A stretch of 64,000 bases of DNA from Candidatus Niyogibacteria bacterium (GCA_016186495.1 JACPLO010000002.1:6857-70856); one strand, 5' to 3'; positions 9,236 through 20,700 are shown, counted from the stretch's first letter. The notes: generated from the sequence alone by a model not told the origin. Numbers and translations are program-made.

Positions 9236-9892
9236 ATGGCTGAAGATTTTAAATTTAAAAAATTAAGGCGCGGGTCGCGGTTTCTAACGGGGTTTACCCC
9301 AGTTAAATCTTTCGCTTCGCGAAATTTAACGGGGTTTACCCCGTTAAATAGTTGCGAAGCAAATTTAACGGGGTTTACTCTGCTGGAGATGATTGTGTCT
9401 TTGGGAGTTTTTTCCGCGGCGATTTTGATTATTTTAGGGGCTATTTTGTCCATTAATGACGCTCAAAAGAAAATGATTAATATTCAGGCCGTTGAAGATA
9501 ATTTGCGTTTCGCTTTGGACGCAATGTCCAGAGAGATTCGGACCGGATCTGTCTATAATTGCGAAGGAGGAGGTTCGGCGTCCGATTGTCCGGCCGGATC
9601 GCCAATTTTCGCTTTTGATTCCATCAGCGGGGGAAGGATTATTTATCGTTGGAACAGCGTTAATAAAAGCATTGAAGAATCGGAAGACAATGGCTCAACT
9701 TATTATCCGATAACCGGCAACGATCTGAAAATAGAAAAATTAACTTTTTATGTTTTTGGAACAAGAACGATTGATTTTAAACAGCCGCGAGTGACAATGA
9801 TTATAAAAGCATTTGCCGGAGAAGAAAGAGTTAAAACTCGCTCGGAATTCAATATTCAAACCACGGTTACGCAAAGAGAATTAGATTCATAA
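9236..9892 (+). CDS. Minor pilin (PilW/PulJ-like) with repeat-expanded leader
   Basis: LTGFT occurs three times; true motif G|FTLLE; MSREIRTG; QTTVTQR C-terminus. Confidence 0.8.
   Translation: MAEDFKFKKLRRGSRFLTGFTPVKSFASRNLTGFTPLNSCEANLTGFTLLEMIVSLGVFSAAILIILGAILSINDAQKKMINIQAVEDNLRFALDAMSREIRTGSVYNCEGGGSASDCPAGSPIFAFDSISGGRIIYRWNSVNKSIEESEDNGSTYYPITGNDLKIEKLTFYVFGTRTIDFKQPRVTMIIKAFAGEERVKTRSEFNIQTTVTQRELDS
9281..9377. mobile_element. Tandem array of family A elements: right arm 9281-9292, unit 9297-9334 (38 bp), unit 9339-9373 (35 bp), separated by TTTA
   Basis: tttctaacgggg TTTA ccccagttaaat..atttaacgggg TTTA ccccgttaaat..atttaacgggg TTTA. Confidence 0.9.
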
Positions 9893-9897
9893 TTTTT

Positions 9898-10353
9898 ATG
9901 TTAAAAGGAAAAAACAAAGGAATCGCGCTTTTATTTTCAATTTTAATGCTAAGCATGGTTTTTACCGCCAGTTTGGCGATTTTTCAGATTGTTTTTACCG
10001 AGTTGAAACTTTCCGAAGGCGTGCGCGATTCCCAGCTTGCTTATTATGCCGCGGATTCGGCCGTGGAATGCGCGCTTTATGTTGATTTAGAGAGTGAAGA
10101 ATTCGGCCAGTCGGGAAAACCGAAAGTGCAGGATGATTGTTCGGGCGTTGATTCTAATGATATTCAAAAATTTGAAAATAATTGGTCAAACGGCGCTATT
10201 TTTACGGTGAATTACAGTAATGGTTCTTGCGCCGATGTGACGGTGGATAAAACCGGCGTGGGAGGATACGGAACATTCATCACCGTTTTAGGATTTAATA
10301 CCTGTGGAAACGCGGCAAGAAAAGTCAACCGCAGTTTGGAAGTGAAATACTAA
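9898..10353 (+). CDS. Minor pilin (PilX-like)
   Basis: KG|IALLFS without E5, AYYAADSAVECALY. Confidence 0.8.
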   Translation: MLKGKNKGIALLFSILMLSMVFTASLAIFQIVFTELKLSEGVRDSQLAYYAADSAVECALYVDLESEEFGQSGKPKVQDDCSGVDSNDIQKFENNWSNGAIFTVNYSNGSCADVTVDKTGVGGYGTFITVLGFNTCGNAARKVNRSLEVKY

Positions 10354-10359
10354 TTTTAA

Positions 10360-12443
<2,084 letters not shown>

Positions 12444-12444
<1 letters not shown>

Positions 12445-12646
12445 ACGCTTATTGTAAAATTTATTTTCTTATGACAGTGCTCCAAGCCTTGAAAATTATA
12501 GTCGTTTTGTTTCGGAAAAATTACGCGGTACCCCGTTCCTCCTTCGCTTCGCTCAGGATTTTCCGACCGCTATTTTTCCTCGTAAAACTTCTTAATTTTC
12601 AAAGTCTTTCCGCAAGTCAACAAAAACGAATTTTACAATAAGTGTT
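12444..12646. repeat. Family C long palindromic element (MITE-like or structured RNA)
   Basis: 18-bp terminal IR aacgcttattgtaaaatt / aattttacaataagtgtt; nested inner IRs ttgaaaatta/taattttcaa and cggaaaa/ttttccg. Confidence 0.75.
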
Positions 12647-12656
12647 ATATTGTAAT

Positions 12657-12944
12657 ATGGACATCAAAAAATTATCCCAATTGGCGCGGATAAAATTAAA
12701 TAAAAAAGAACAGGAATCTTTCGGTAAAGATTTAGAATCTGTTTTGGGTTACATCGGAAAATTAAAAGAAGCAAAAATAGAAAATGTTCCAGAATTAACT
12801 CATATTTTAGCCGCGAAAAACGTTTTTCGCCTTGACGAGGCGCCGGTTGAGTCGTTCGGAAATTCCGCGGAATTGCTGGAAGCAGCGCCGGAAAAAAAGA
12901 AAGGGTTTGTGAAAGTTAAGAAAGTTTTTAATGGCCAAGATTAA
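12657..12944 (+). CDS. gatC: Asp/Glu-tRNA amidotransferase subunit C
   Basis: MDIKKLSQLARI...FVKVKKVF; overlaps gatA start. Confidence 0.9.
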   Translation: MDIKKLSQLARIKLNKKEQESFGKDLESVLGYIGKLKEAKIENVPELTHILAAKNVFRLDEAPVESFGNSAELLEAAPEKKKGFVKVKKVFNGQD

Positions 12945-14370
12945 TCTATCGGAATTATCAATCGCGAAAGTCCGGGAGCTTTCAATCTTCGGCGGTTTTT
13001 CCGCGCGCGAGCTGGTGGAAATTTATCATCGTCAAATTGAAGAAAAAGACAAAGATATTCACGCTTATTTGGAAATTTTCCAAGACGCTTACCAGCAAGC
13101 CGAAGAATTGGATAAGCGCGTTAAACAAGGAGAATCGCCGGCAGAACTTTTTGGCGTTCCGTTCGCCGTTAAAGACAATATCTTAATCAAAGATAAAAAA
13201 GTTAGCGCCGCTTCTAAAATTTTGGAATCTTATCACGCCTCTTACGATGCTTCGGTGATTAAAAAACTTCGCGCGGCTGGCGCGGTATTTTTAGGCAGGA
13301 CTAACATGGATGAATTTGCGATGGGATCTTCCTGTGAAAATTCCGCTTTTGGCCAGACCAAAAATCCTTATGATTTGGAGCGGGTGCCCGGCGGTTCTTC
13401 CGGTGGTTCGGCCGCGGCCGTCGCCAGCCAGATGTGTTTAGCGGCGTTGGGGTCTGACACAGGCGGTTCAGTGCGCGAGCCCGCGGCTTTTTGCGGAATT
13501 GTCGGATTAAAACCCACTTACGGCGCAGTTTCGCGCTTCGGTCTGATTGCGATGGCTTCTTCTCTTGATCAGATCGGCCCTTTGGCTAAAAATATCGGCG
13601 ACGCCGAGGCAATTTTTAATGTCATTAAAGGCCGGGATCCGAAAGATTCCACTTCCGCGGATTACAAAATAAAAAAATGCGGAGCTAAACCGCGGGTGGG
13701 CGTGCCTAAGGAATTTTTTTCTCTTAAAGAAAAAGGGAAAAAAGGCCTTGATCAGGATGTTTCCGCGGCGATAAACCGGGCAATAGAAATATTGCGTTCT
13801 TTAGATTGCGAAATAAAAGAAGTTTCTTTGCCTTCCAGTGAATACGCTCTGGCTTGTTATTACATCGTGATGCCGGCTGAAGTATCTTCTAATTTGGCGC
13901 GTTATGACGGCGTTCGTTTTGGCCAGCGCGCTCAAGGTAAAATTTTAGAGGAAATTTATGCCAAAACAAGAGGGGAATTGCTCGGCCAAGAAGCGCGCCG
14001 CCGCGTTATTCTGGGGACTTACGCGCTTTCCGCCGGTTATTACGAGGCTTATTATGGCCGCGCGCAGAAAGCGCGCTGGCTGATAAAAAAAGATTTTGAA
14101 AAAGTTTTCCAGGATGTTGACATCTTGCTTTCCCCGACCACGGCAGCGCCGGCTTTTAAACTTGGAGAAAAATCGCTTGATCCCTTATCAATGTATCTTT
14201 CGGATATTTTTACGGTTCCCGCCAATTTAGCGGGAGTGCCGGCTTTGTCTCTTCCTTTCAGCCAGACCGGCGATGAAAAAAGATTGCCGATCGGCATTCA
14301 ATTAACGGCGCCCTGGTTTTACGAAGGGACTTTATTTGAAACCGGAAAACTTTTAGAAAAAAATAATTAA
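12931..14370 (+). CDS. gatA: Asp/Glu-tRNA amidotransferase subunit A
   Basis: Amidase signature GGSSGGSAAAV, GSDTGGS, SSNLARYDG. Confidence 0.96.
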   Translation: MAKINLSELSIAKVRELSIFGGFSARELVEIYHRQIEEKDKDIHAYLEIFQDAYQQAEELDKRVKQGESPAELFGVPFAVKDNILIKDKKVSAASKILESYHASYDASVIKKLRAAGAVFLGRTNMDEFAMGSSCENSAFGQTKNPYDLERVPGGSSGGSAAAVASQMCLAALGSDTGGSVREPAAFCGIVGLKPTYGAVSRFGLIAMASSLDQIGPLAKNIGDAEAIFNVIKGRDPKDSTSADYKIKKCGAKPRVGVPKEFFSLKEKGKKGLDQDVSAAINRAIEILRSLDCEIKEVSLPSSEYALACYYIVMPAEVSSNLARYDGVRFGQRAQGKILEEIYAKTRGELLGQEARRRVILGTYALSAGYYEAYYGRAQKARWLIKKDFEKVFQDVDILLSPTTAAPAFKLGEKSLDPLSMYLSDIFTVPANLAGVPALSLPFSQTGDEKRLPIGIQLTAPWFYEGTLFETGKLLEKNN

Positions 14371-14371
14371 G

Positions 14372-14400
14372 AAAAGAAATTTAGGAGTATTTTCGCAATT
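14372..14400. repeat. Orphan right arm of family B element
   Basis: aaaagaaatttaggagtattttcgcaatt versus aaaagcaatttaggagtattttgtaatt at 54831-54858. Confidence 0.7.
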
Positions 14401-14426
14401 GATAGTAATTGATAACATATTAAATT

Positions 14427-14945
14427 ATGGATTTAATTGAAATTTTAAGAAATTTTTTTCCATTTTCTTCAGAATCTTTTATCGCAGGATTCAAGATTTT
14501 TTCTTTTGCCGCTTCCTTTATTTTTATTGCCGTAATTTTTTACAGTTTAACGAAGATTTATAAGATTTTTTCCAAAAAACATTTGGCTGATTTTTTGGAT
14601 GTCTGGAGCGAATATCCGGCGGAGGCGAGAAATTCCCGCTGGCAGGAAGTAAAGAAAAGATTGAAATCGGAAAATGCCTCGGATTGGAAATTTGCTGTTC
14701 TGGAAGCAGACAGTATTTTAGACGACGTGATGAAGAGAATCGGCTATCCCGGAGCTAATTTGGGCGAACGATTGATTGGCGTTGAGCCGAGCGATTTTGA
14801 TTCTTTGAGCGAAGTTTGGGAGGCGCATAAAGTAAGGAATCGCCTTGCTCATGAAGCCGCTGATTTTAAATTTTCCAAAGAAAGAGCCGAAGAAGTTATC
14901 GCGCTTTACGAAAAAGGCCTCAAAGAACTGGAATATATTTCTTGA
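14427..14945 (+). CDS. Conserved hypothetical membrane-anchored protein
   Basis: N-terminal TM; AVLEADSILD, LGERL, WEAHKVRNRLAHE (RNxxxH motif). Confidence 0.7.
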   Translation: MDLIEILRNFFPFSSESFIAGFKIFSFAASFIFIAVIFYSLTKIYKIFSKKHLADFLDVWSEYPAEARNSRWQEVKKRLKSENASDWKFAVLEADSILDDVMKRIGYPGANLGERLIGVEPSDFDSLSEVWEAHKVRNRLAHEAADFKFSKERAEEVIALYEKGLKELEYIS

Positions 14946-14958
14946 ATAAAAAATAAAA

Positions 14959-16233
14959 ATGGAAAATTTTTTCAAGCGGATTCAAAATGAATTTAAGGAA
15001 GCAGCGGCAAAAAATAATTTTGCCGCTGATTTAATCGCAAAACTGCTTACTTGCGACCGGAATCTCTCTTTTGATATTTCATTTCAAAAGAAAGATGGAA
15101 GCGCGGGGACCGTAAAAGGATACCGGGTGCAGCATAATAATATCCTCGGCCCTTATAAAGGAGGATTGCGCTATCATTCTGATGTTTCAATGGATGAAAT
15201 GAAAGCACTCTCTTTTTTGATGACGTTTAAAAATGCCGTGATTGGCGTGCCATTCGGCGGCGGAAAGGGCGGGGTAGCGATTGACCCGAAAACATTAAAC
15301 GAACAGGAGTTAGAAAATTTAACCAGAGCGTTCACTCGGCAGCTCGCTCCCTATATCGGTCCGGAAAAAGATGTGCCAGCTCCGGATATGAATACCAATT
15401 CAAAAATTATGGCGTGGATTTTTGATGAATACGCTAAAATAACCGGCCAATCGGCGCCGGCGGTGGTTACCGGCAAGCCGATTGAATTGGGCGGTTCCGA
15501 AGGGCGCCTTGAAGCAACGGGTTACGGCGGAGTTTACGCTCTTTTGGCGATTTTAAAATTATTAAAAAAAAAGCCGGAAGATTTCACGGTGGCGGTGCAA
15601 GGTTTCGGCAATGTCGGGCAATACGCGGCGGAGTCGTTGCGGCAAAACGGTTTTAAAGTTGTCGCGATTTCCGACTCAAAAGGCGGAATTTATATTCCCG
15701 AAGGCATTTTAGACATTAAAGCATTGGTAAAATGTAAGGCCGAAAAAGGATTTCTTGCCGGATGTTATTGTTTAGGTTCTGTTTGCGATATCCGTAATAA
15801 GCGGATAATGAAAGGGCAGGAGATAGCGCCTGAAGCGGTTTTAACGCTTCCGGTTGATATTATCGTTCCGGCTGCTCTTGAAAATGTGATTGATGAAAGC
15901 AATGCTCGCGATATTCACGCCGGCATTATTCTTGAAATGGCAAACGGCCCGCTGACGGACAAAGCGGATAAGATTCTCGCCGGAAAAAACATTATGATTA
16001 TTCCGGATATTCTTGCCAATGCCGGCGGAGTGGCGGTCAGTTATTTTGAGTGGTATCAAAATATGCGCGGCGAGCGATGGACAAAAGAAAAAGTTTTTTC
16101 AAAACTCAAGAAAAAAATGGAACAGTCCGCGAAAGCCGTTTATCAAATCCATCGTCAGAAAAAAGTCACCTTGCGCGAAGCGGCATATTTGCTGGCGCTG
16201 GAAAAAATCCAGGCTAAATGGCTGAAAAAATAA
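14959..16233 (+). CDS. gdhA: Glutamate dehydrogenase (Glu/Leu/Phe/Val family)
   Basis: GPYKGGLRY, GGGKGG, DVPAPD, GFGNVG, PDILANAGGV. Confidence 0.93.
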   Translation: MENFFKRIQNEFKEAAAKNNFAADLIAKLLTCDRNLSFDISFQKKDGSAGTVKGYRVQHNNILGPYKGGLRYHSDVSMDEMKALSFLMTFKNAVIGVPFGGGKGGVAIDPKTLNEQELENLTRAFTRQLAPYIGPEKDVPAPDMNTNSKIMAWIFDEYAKITGQSAPAVVTGKPIELGGSEGRLEATGYGGVYALLAILKLLKKKPEDFTVAVQGFGNVGQYAAESLRQNGFKVVAISDSKGGIYIPEGILDIKALVKCKAEKGFLAGCYCLGSVCDIRNKRIMKGQEIAPEAVLTLPVDIIVPAALENVIDESNARDIHAGIILEMANGPLTDKADKILAGKNIMIIPDILANAGGVAVSYFEWYQNMRGERWTKEKVFSKLKKKMEQSAKAVYQIHRQKKVTLREAAYLLALEKIQAKWLKK

Positions 16234-16251
16234 TTATATTAGATTAGAAGG

Positions 16252-16326
16252 CGGACCCGACCGGATTTGAACCGGCGATCTTCCCCGTGACAGGGGGACG
16301 TGTTAACCGGGCTACACCACGGGTCC
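16252..16326 (-). tRNA. tRNA-Asp(GTC)
   Basis: Minus strand cloverleaf GGACCCG...CCCC CT GTC AC GGGG...GGTTCAAATCC...CGGGTCCG; CCA not encoded. Confidence 0.93.
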
Positions 16327-16397
16327 TTTAATGATATAAATTATACATAAAATCATTAAAAATTGAAATAAGCATCAAGTGATGTATAATGAATTTT

Positions 16398-16468
16398 AGC
16401 GGGGTAGACCAGTAGTAGGTCGCAAGGCTCATAACCTTGAAGCGCAGGTGCAATTCCTGCCCCCGCAA
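16398..16468 (+). tRNA. tRNA-Met(CAT), initiator-like
   Basis: AGCGGGG/CCCCGCA acceptor with 1:72 mismatch, A11-T24 pair, CAAGG CTCATAA CCTTG. Confidence 0.85.
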
Positions 16469-16469
16469 C

Positions 16470-17435
16470 ATGAAGATATTTATTACGAGGAAAATTCCCG
16501 AAGCGGGAATTAAAAAGCTCGCGGAAAAACACGAGATTAAAATCAGTCCGCATGATCGCGTTTTATCAAAAGAAGAATTGATTGCCGCGCTGAAAAATCA
16601 GGGATACGGCGCGGTGCTTTGCCTTTTAACCGATAAAATTGATGACGATGTTTTAGAAGCGGCCGGCAAGCAATGCCGGATTTTCGCCAATTTTGCCGTG
16701 GGTTTTGATAATATTGATCTGGTTGCGGCCAAAAAACGGGGCATAATAATTACCAATACGCCGGGAGTTTTAACGGACACCGTGGCAGAGCATACTTTTA
16801 CTTTGATGCTGGCGATTTCCCATCGGATTGCCGAAGCGGATAAATTCACCAAAACCGGAAAATACGAGGGCTGGGCGCCGATGCTTTTATTGGGAAATGA
16901 TTTATCAAGAAAAACTGTCGGCATTGTGGGTTTGGGGCGGATTGGCTCGCGCGTGGCCCATCACGCGGCTAAAGGATTTGACGCGCGCGTGATTTATCAC
17001 GACCTTCAGCGCAATAAAGAATTTGAGAAAGAATTTAACGCGGAATACAGGGAAAAATTGGAAGATTTATTGAAAGAGGCGGATTATGTTTCTCTGCATG
17101 TGCCGCTTTTGCCGGCCACGCGGCATTTGCTGAACGCCGAGCGGCTGAAATTAATGAAGCCGACCGCATATCTTATAAATACTTCGCGCGGGCCGGTGAT
17201 AGACGAAAAAGCGTTAGTGGAAGCGCTGCACGCCAAAATTATCAAAGGCGCGGCTTTGGATGTTTTTGAAAACGAACCGGCGTTAGCCGAAGGATTGGCA
17301 AAACTTGATAACGCAATTTTGACGCCGCATATCGCTTCCGCCACCGAAGAAACGCGCGGCAAAATGGCGGAATTGGCGGTAGATAACATTATTGCTGCTT
17401 TAGAAGGGCGGACACCTCCTAATTTAGTGGGGTAA
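16470..17435 (+). CDS. D-2-hydroxyacid dehydrogenase (D-glycerate dehydrogenase / glyoxylate reductase)
   Basis: AVGFDNID, GLGRIG, INTSRG, DVFENEP, TPHIASAT; real start ATG 16470. Confidence 0.9.
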   Translation: MKIFITRKIPEAGIKKLAEKHEIKISPHDRVLSKEELIAALKNQGYGAVLCLLTDKIDDDVLEAAGKQCRIFANFAVGFDNIDLVAAKKRGIIITNTPGVLTDTVAEHTFTLMLAISHRIAEADKFTKTGKYEGWAPMLLLGNDLSRKTVGIVGLGRIGSRVAHHAAKGFDARVIYHDLQRNKEFEKEFNAEYREKLEDLLKEADYVSLHVPLLPATRHLLNAERLKLMKPTAYLINTSRGPVIDEKALVEALHAKIIKGAALDVFENEPALAEGLAKLDNAILTPHIASATEETRGKMAELAVDNIIAALEGRTPPNLVG

Positions 17436-17436
17436 A

Positions 17437-17485
17437 CCCCGTTAGAAATCGCGAACGCAATGTTCGCGTTCTATTTCTAACGGGG
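17437..17485. mobile_element. Family A element, 49 bp, flanked by TAAA
   Basis: TAAA ccccgttagaaat cgcgaac gcaat gttcgcg ttct atttctaacgggg TAAA. Confidence 0.92.
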
Positions 17486-17501
17486 TAAAACAAACAATAT
17501 T

Positions 17502-18476
17502 ATGCGCGGGGCGATTATAAATTTTCCCAAACAATTTGATTATAAACCGGCGACTAAGAATAAAAGCGTTTTGAAAAAGGCGAAACATTTTGTGGTTGTC
17601 GGAATGGGCGGTTCGGGTTTGGTCGGAGATTTATTGCGTGGTTGCAATCCTCGCCTTGATCTTATTATCCATAAAAATTACGGTTTGCCTGTTTTAGCGG
17701 ACGGCGTTTTGGAAAAAAGTTTGATTGTTTTAAGTTCTTATTCGGGAAATACCGAAGAGGTTCTTGATTCCTATCAAGCGGCTAAGAAAAAAAGATTGGC
17801 GATGGCGGCGATTTCTATTGGCGGAAAATTATTGGAACAGGCTAAAGCTGACGGCATTCCTTACATTCAATTTCCGGATCTGGGAATTGAACCGCGTTTC
17901 GCTTTAGGTTTCAGTTTTCGGGCTTTGGCGGAAATAATCGGCGAAAAAAACGCGTTTGAAGAATCGGGCCGGCTGGCTGAGTTGTTAAAGCCGGAAGATT
18001 TTGAAGAAAAAGGAAAAGAACTGGCCGAGAAATTAAAAGGATTTGTGCCGCTGGTTTATTCATCGGAAAAAAATCGGGCCGCGGCTTACAATTGGAAAAT
18101 AAGATTTAATGAAACCGGCCATGTTCCCGCTTTTTGCAATGTTTTTCCGGAGTTGAATCATAATGAGATGGCGGGATTTGATTTTCAAGAATCAACGCAA
18201 GAATCAATAAAAGAACTTTCGCGGAATTTTTATTTTATTTTTTTAAAAGATTCCGGCGACCATCCGCGGATTATTAAAAGAATGGAAGTAATGGAAGCGA
18301 TTTTGCGCGATAAAAAAATGCCGGTTGAAAATGTCAGTCTTGAAGGAGAAAATTTTCTTCATAAGGTTTTTTCTTCAGTCGCGCTCGCGGATTGGACGTC
18401 TTTTTATCTTGTTCAAACATCCGGCTTTAAAGCCGAAAGCGAGTTTATTGTGGAAAAATTCAAAAAATTGATATAA
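17502..18476 (+). CDS. Bifunctional phosphoglucose/phosphomannose isomerase (SIS)
   Basis: GMGGSG, SSYSGNTEE, PELNHNE. Confidence 0.9.
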   Translation: MRGAIINFPKQFDYKPATKNKSVLKKAKHFVVVGMGGSGLVGDLLRGCNPRLDLIIHKNYGLPVLADGVLEKSLIVLSSYSGNTEEVLDSYQAAKKKRLAMAAISIGGKLLEQAKADGIPYIQFPDLGIEPRFALGFSFRALAEIIGEKNAFEESGRLAELLKPEDFEEKGKELAEKLKGFVPLVYSSEKNRAAAYNWKIRFNETGHVPAFCNVFPELNHNEMAGFDFQESTQESIKELSRNFYFIFLKDSGDHPRIIKRMEVMEAILRDKKMPVENVSLEGENFLHKVFSSVALADWTSFYLVQTSGFKAESEFIVEKFKKLI

Positions 18477-18481
18477 TATAC

Positions 18482-18532
18482 TAGACTTCCCCTTAATCGT
18501 TTCCAAAAACAATTTGTCCGTATTTCGTAATT
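18482..18532. repeat. Right-half remnant of family B element
   Basis: tagacttccccttaatcgtttccaaaaacaatt...gtatttcgtaatt matches 54808-54858. Confidence 0.8.
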
Positions 18533-18549
18533 TAAAGTATAATAAATAA

Positions 18550-19572
18550 ATGGTTTCTCACGGATTAAAAATAGCGATTAACGGTTTTGGCCGGATCGGC
18601 CGGATATTTTTCCGGCAGGCTATCGGCGTGCCGGATATTGAAATATTGGCGATCAATGATTTGGGCAGTTTGGAAAACATCGCTTATCTTTTAAAATACG
18701 ATTCTGTTTACGGCCGTTTTGAAAAAGAGATTAAAATCAAGAATGGAATTTTAATCGTGGATGGCCGGAAGATTAAATTTTTCAGCGAAAAAGATCCCGG
18801 CCGGCTTCCTTGGAAAGAATTGGGAATAGACGTGGTGGTGGAATCAACCGGCGTTTTTGATTCCTATGAAAAAGCCGAGCCGCATCTGAAAGCCGGAGCA
18901 AAGAGAGTGGTGATTACGGCGCCAGCCAAAGACAGCGGCCTGACCAAAACCGCCACGCCTAATGTGGGAGTTGATTTTCTAAAAACCGGCTTAATCACTT
19001 CCAACGCTTCTTGCACGACTAACGCTGTGACGCCGGTAGCGGCGGTGATGATGCAAAATCCCGGCGTTAAAAAAGCGATTTTAAACACGGCGCACGGTTA
19101 TACCGCGACTCAAGGAATAGTGGATGGTCCGGCCGGAAAAGATTTTCGCCGCGGCCGCGCCGCGGGGGCGAACATTATTCCTTCATCTACGGGCGCGGGG
19201 GAAGCCGCGGTTAAAGCCATTCCCGCTTTGAAAGGAAAATTTGACGGCGTGGCGATTCGGGTGCCGGTGATTTCCGGTTCTCTGGCTGATTTTACTTTTT
19301 TGGCGGAGAGAAAAACCTCGGCCAAAGAAATTAATGATATTTTTCGCGCCGCCGCCGCGGAGCCGGCTTGGCAAGGAATTTTAACCGTCACCGAAGAGCC
19401 GCTCGTTTCCTCGGATATTTTAAGGCAGCCGTTCGGCGCGATCGTTGATTTGGCGATGACCCGGGTGGTGGACGGCGATTTGGTGAAAGTTTTTTCCTGG
19501 TATGACAATGAGTGGGGATACGGGGCGATGCTTTTAAAACACGTTGAGGCTTTAAAAACTCTTCTGTTATAA
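18550..19572 (+). CDS. gap: Glyceraldehyde-3-phosphate dehydrogenase
   Basis: INGFGRIGR, SNASCTTN, WYDNEWGY. Confidence 0.96.
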   Translation: MVSHGLKIAINGFGRIGRIFFRQAIGVPDIEILAINDLGSLENIAYLLKYDSVYGRFEKEIKIKNGILIVDGRKIKFFSEKDPGRLPWKELGIDVVVESTGVFDSYEKAEPHLKAGAKRVVITAPAKDSGLTKTATPNVGVDFLKTGLITSNASCTTNAVTPVAAVMMQNPGVKKAILNTAHGYTATQGIVDGPAGKDFRRGRAAGANIIPSSTGAGEAAVKAIPALKGKFDGVAIRVPVISGSLADFTFLAERKTSAKEINDIFRAAAAEPAWQGILTVTEEPLVSSDILRQPFGAIVDLAMTRVVDGDLVKVFSWYDNEWGYGAMLLKHVEALKTLLL

Positions 19573-19591
19573 AATTCATTTTAATTATTTT

Positions 19592-20044
19592 ATGTTTGTC
19601 CATCTTGCCGCGGATCATGCCGGATTTGATTTAAAAGAAAAACTTAAAATTTATCTGAAAGAATTGGATTATGAAGTTAAAGATCACGGCGCTTTTGAAT
19701 ACAATGAAAAAGACGATTATCCGGATTTTATCCGTTCCGCGGCCAAAGCGGTGGCGGAAAATCCGGAAATTGACCGTGCCGTTGTTTTAGGCGGATCCGG
19801 CCAGGGCGAAGCCATGCTCGCCAATCGTTTTCAAGGCGTTCGCGCCGCGGTTTTTTACGGCAAACCTTATTCTATAATTAAACTTTCCCGCGAACACAAC
19901 AATGCCAATGTTTTGTCTTTAGGCGCGCGTTTTTTGAGCGAAGAAGAAGCCAAAGAAGCGGCCAAGCTTTGGCTGAAAACGCCGTTTTCGGAAGATGTCC
20001 GCCATCAGAGAAGAATTAAAAAAATTGATGTTAAAAATGGCTGA
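19592..20044 (+). CDS. rpiB: Ribose-5-phosphate isomerase B
   Basis: ADHAG, DDYPD, GSGQG, REHNNANVL. Confidence 0.93.
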   Translation: MFVHLAADHAGFDLKEKLKIYLKELDYEVKDHGAFEYNEKDDYPDFIRSAAKAVAENPEIDRAVVLGGSGQGEAMLANRFQGVRAAVFYGKPYSIIKLSREHNNANVLSLGARFLSEEEAKEAAKLWLKTPFSEDVRHQRRIKKIDVKNG

Positions 20045-20672
20045 TATTATTCCCGCGATTAACGCGGATAATTTTGAAGAAATAAAAGAAAAAATAAAAT
20101 TGGTTGAATCGTACGCGAAATGGCTGCATTTGGATGTCGCGGACGGGACATTTACCAAAAATACTGTTTGGCATAATGCCGATGATCTTCAAGGATTGGA
20201 CGCTTCGCTTTTGATTGAAGTTCATTTAATGATTAACGATGTTGAGAAGCGCGTTGTTGATTGGTTTCTGCCTGTCATAAAAAGAATTATTTTTCATCTG
20301 GAGGCGGTAAAAGACGCTGATTTTATTATTGCCAAATGCCGAGAAGCGGGAAAAGAAGCGGGGATAGCGATAAATCCCGAAACTTCCTGGACCCGTCTTT
20401 ATCCTTATTTTGGAAAAGCGGATATGTTTCAGATTTTGGGAGTGCGTCCCGGCTTAGCCGGGCAAAAATTTAACGAAGAAGTTTTGCGTAAAATAGAAGA
20501 AGTGCGAAAAAACTGCCAAAATTGTATAATAGAAAGCGATGGCGGGATGAATGAAGAAACAGCTTTAAAGGCAGTTCAGGCCGGCGCAAATCTGATTGCC
20601 GCGGCCTCCGCGATATTTAACGATAATATTGAAGAATCTTTTAGAAGATTAAAATCAGCCGTTAACGGATAA
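20037..20672 (+). CDS. rpe: Ribulose-phosphate 3-epimerase
   Basis: HLDVADG, EVHLM, PGLAGQ, DGG; start ATG 20037. Confidence 0.9.
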   Translation: MADIIPAINADNFEEIKEKIKLVESYAKWLHLDVADGTFTKNTVWHNADDLQGLDASLLIEVHLMINDVEKRVVDWFLPVIKRIIFHLEAVKDADFIIAKCREAGKEAGIAINPETSWTRLYPYFGKADMFQILGVRPGLAGQKFNEEVLRKIEEVRKNCQNCIIESDGGMNEETALKAVQAGANLIAAASAIFNDNIEESFRRLKSAVNG

Positions 20673-20700
20673 CCGCGTTTGGCTGATGTTGATATTAATC

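Noticed and set aside
9281-9377. CRISPR array interpretation of the repeat-spacer pattern
   Set aside because: Only about three junctions with 13-15 nt interiors, in frame in a pilin gene, no cas genes, and the same ends occur dispersed through the window.
16437-16469. Upstream TTG start of the dehydrogenase
   Set aside because: Falls inside tRNA-Met.
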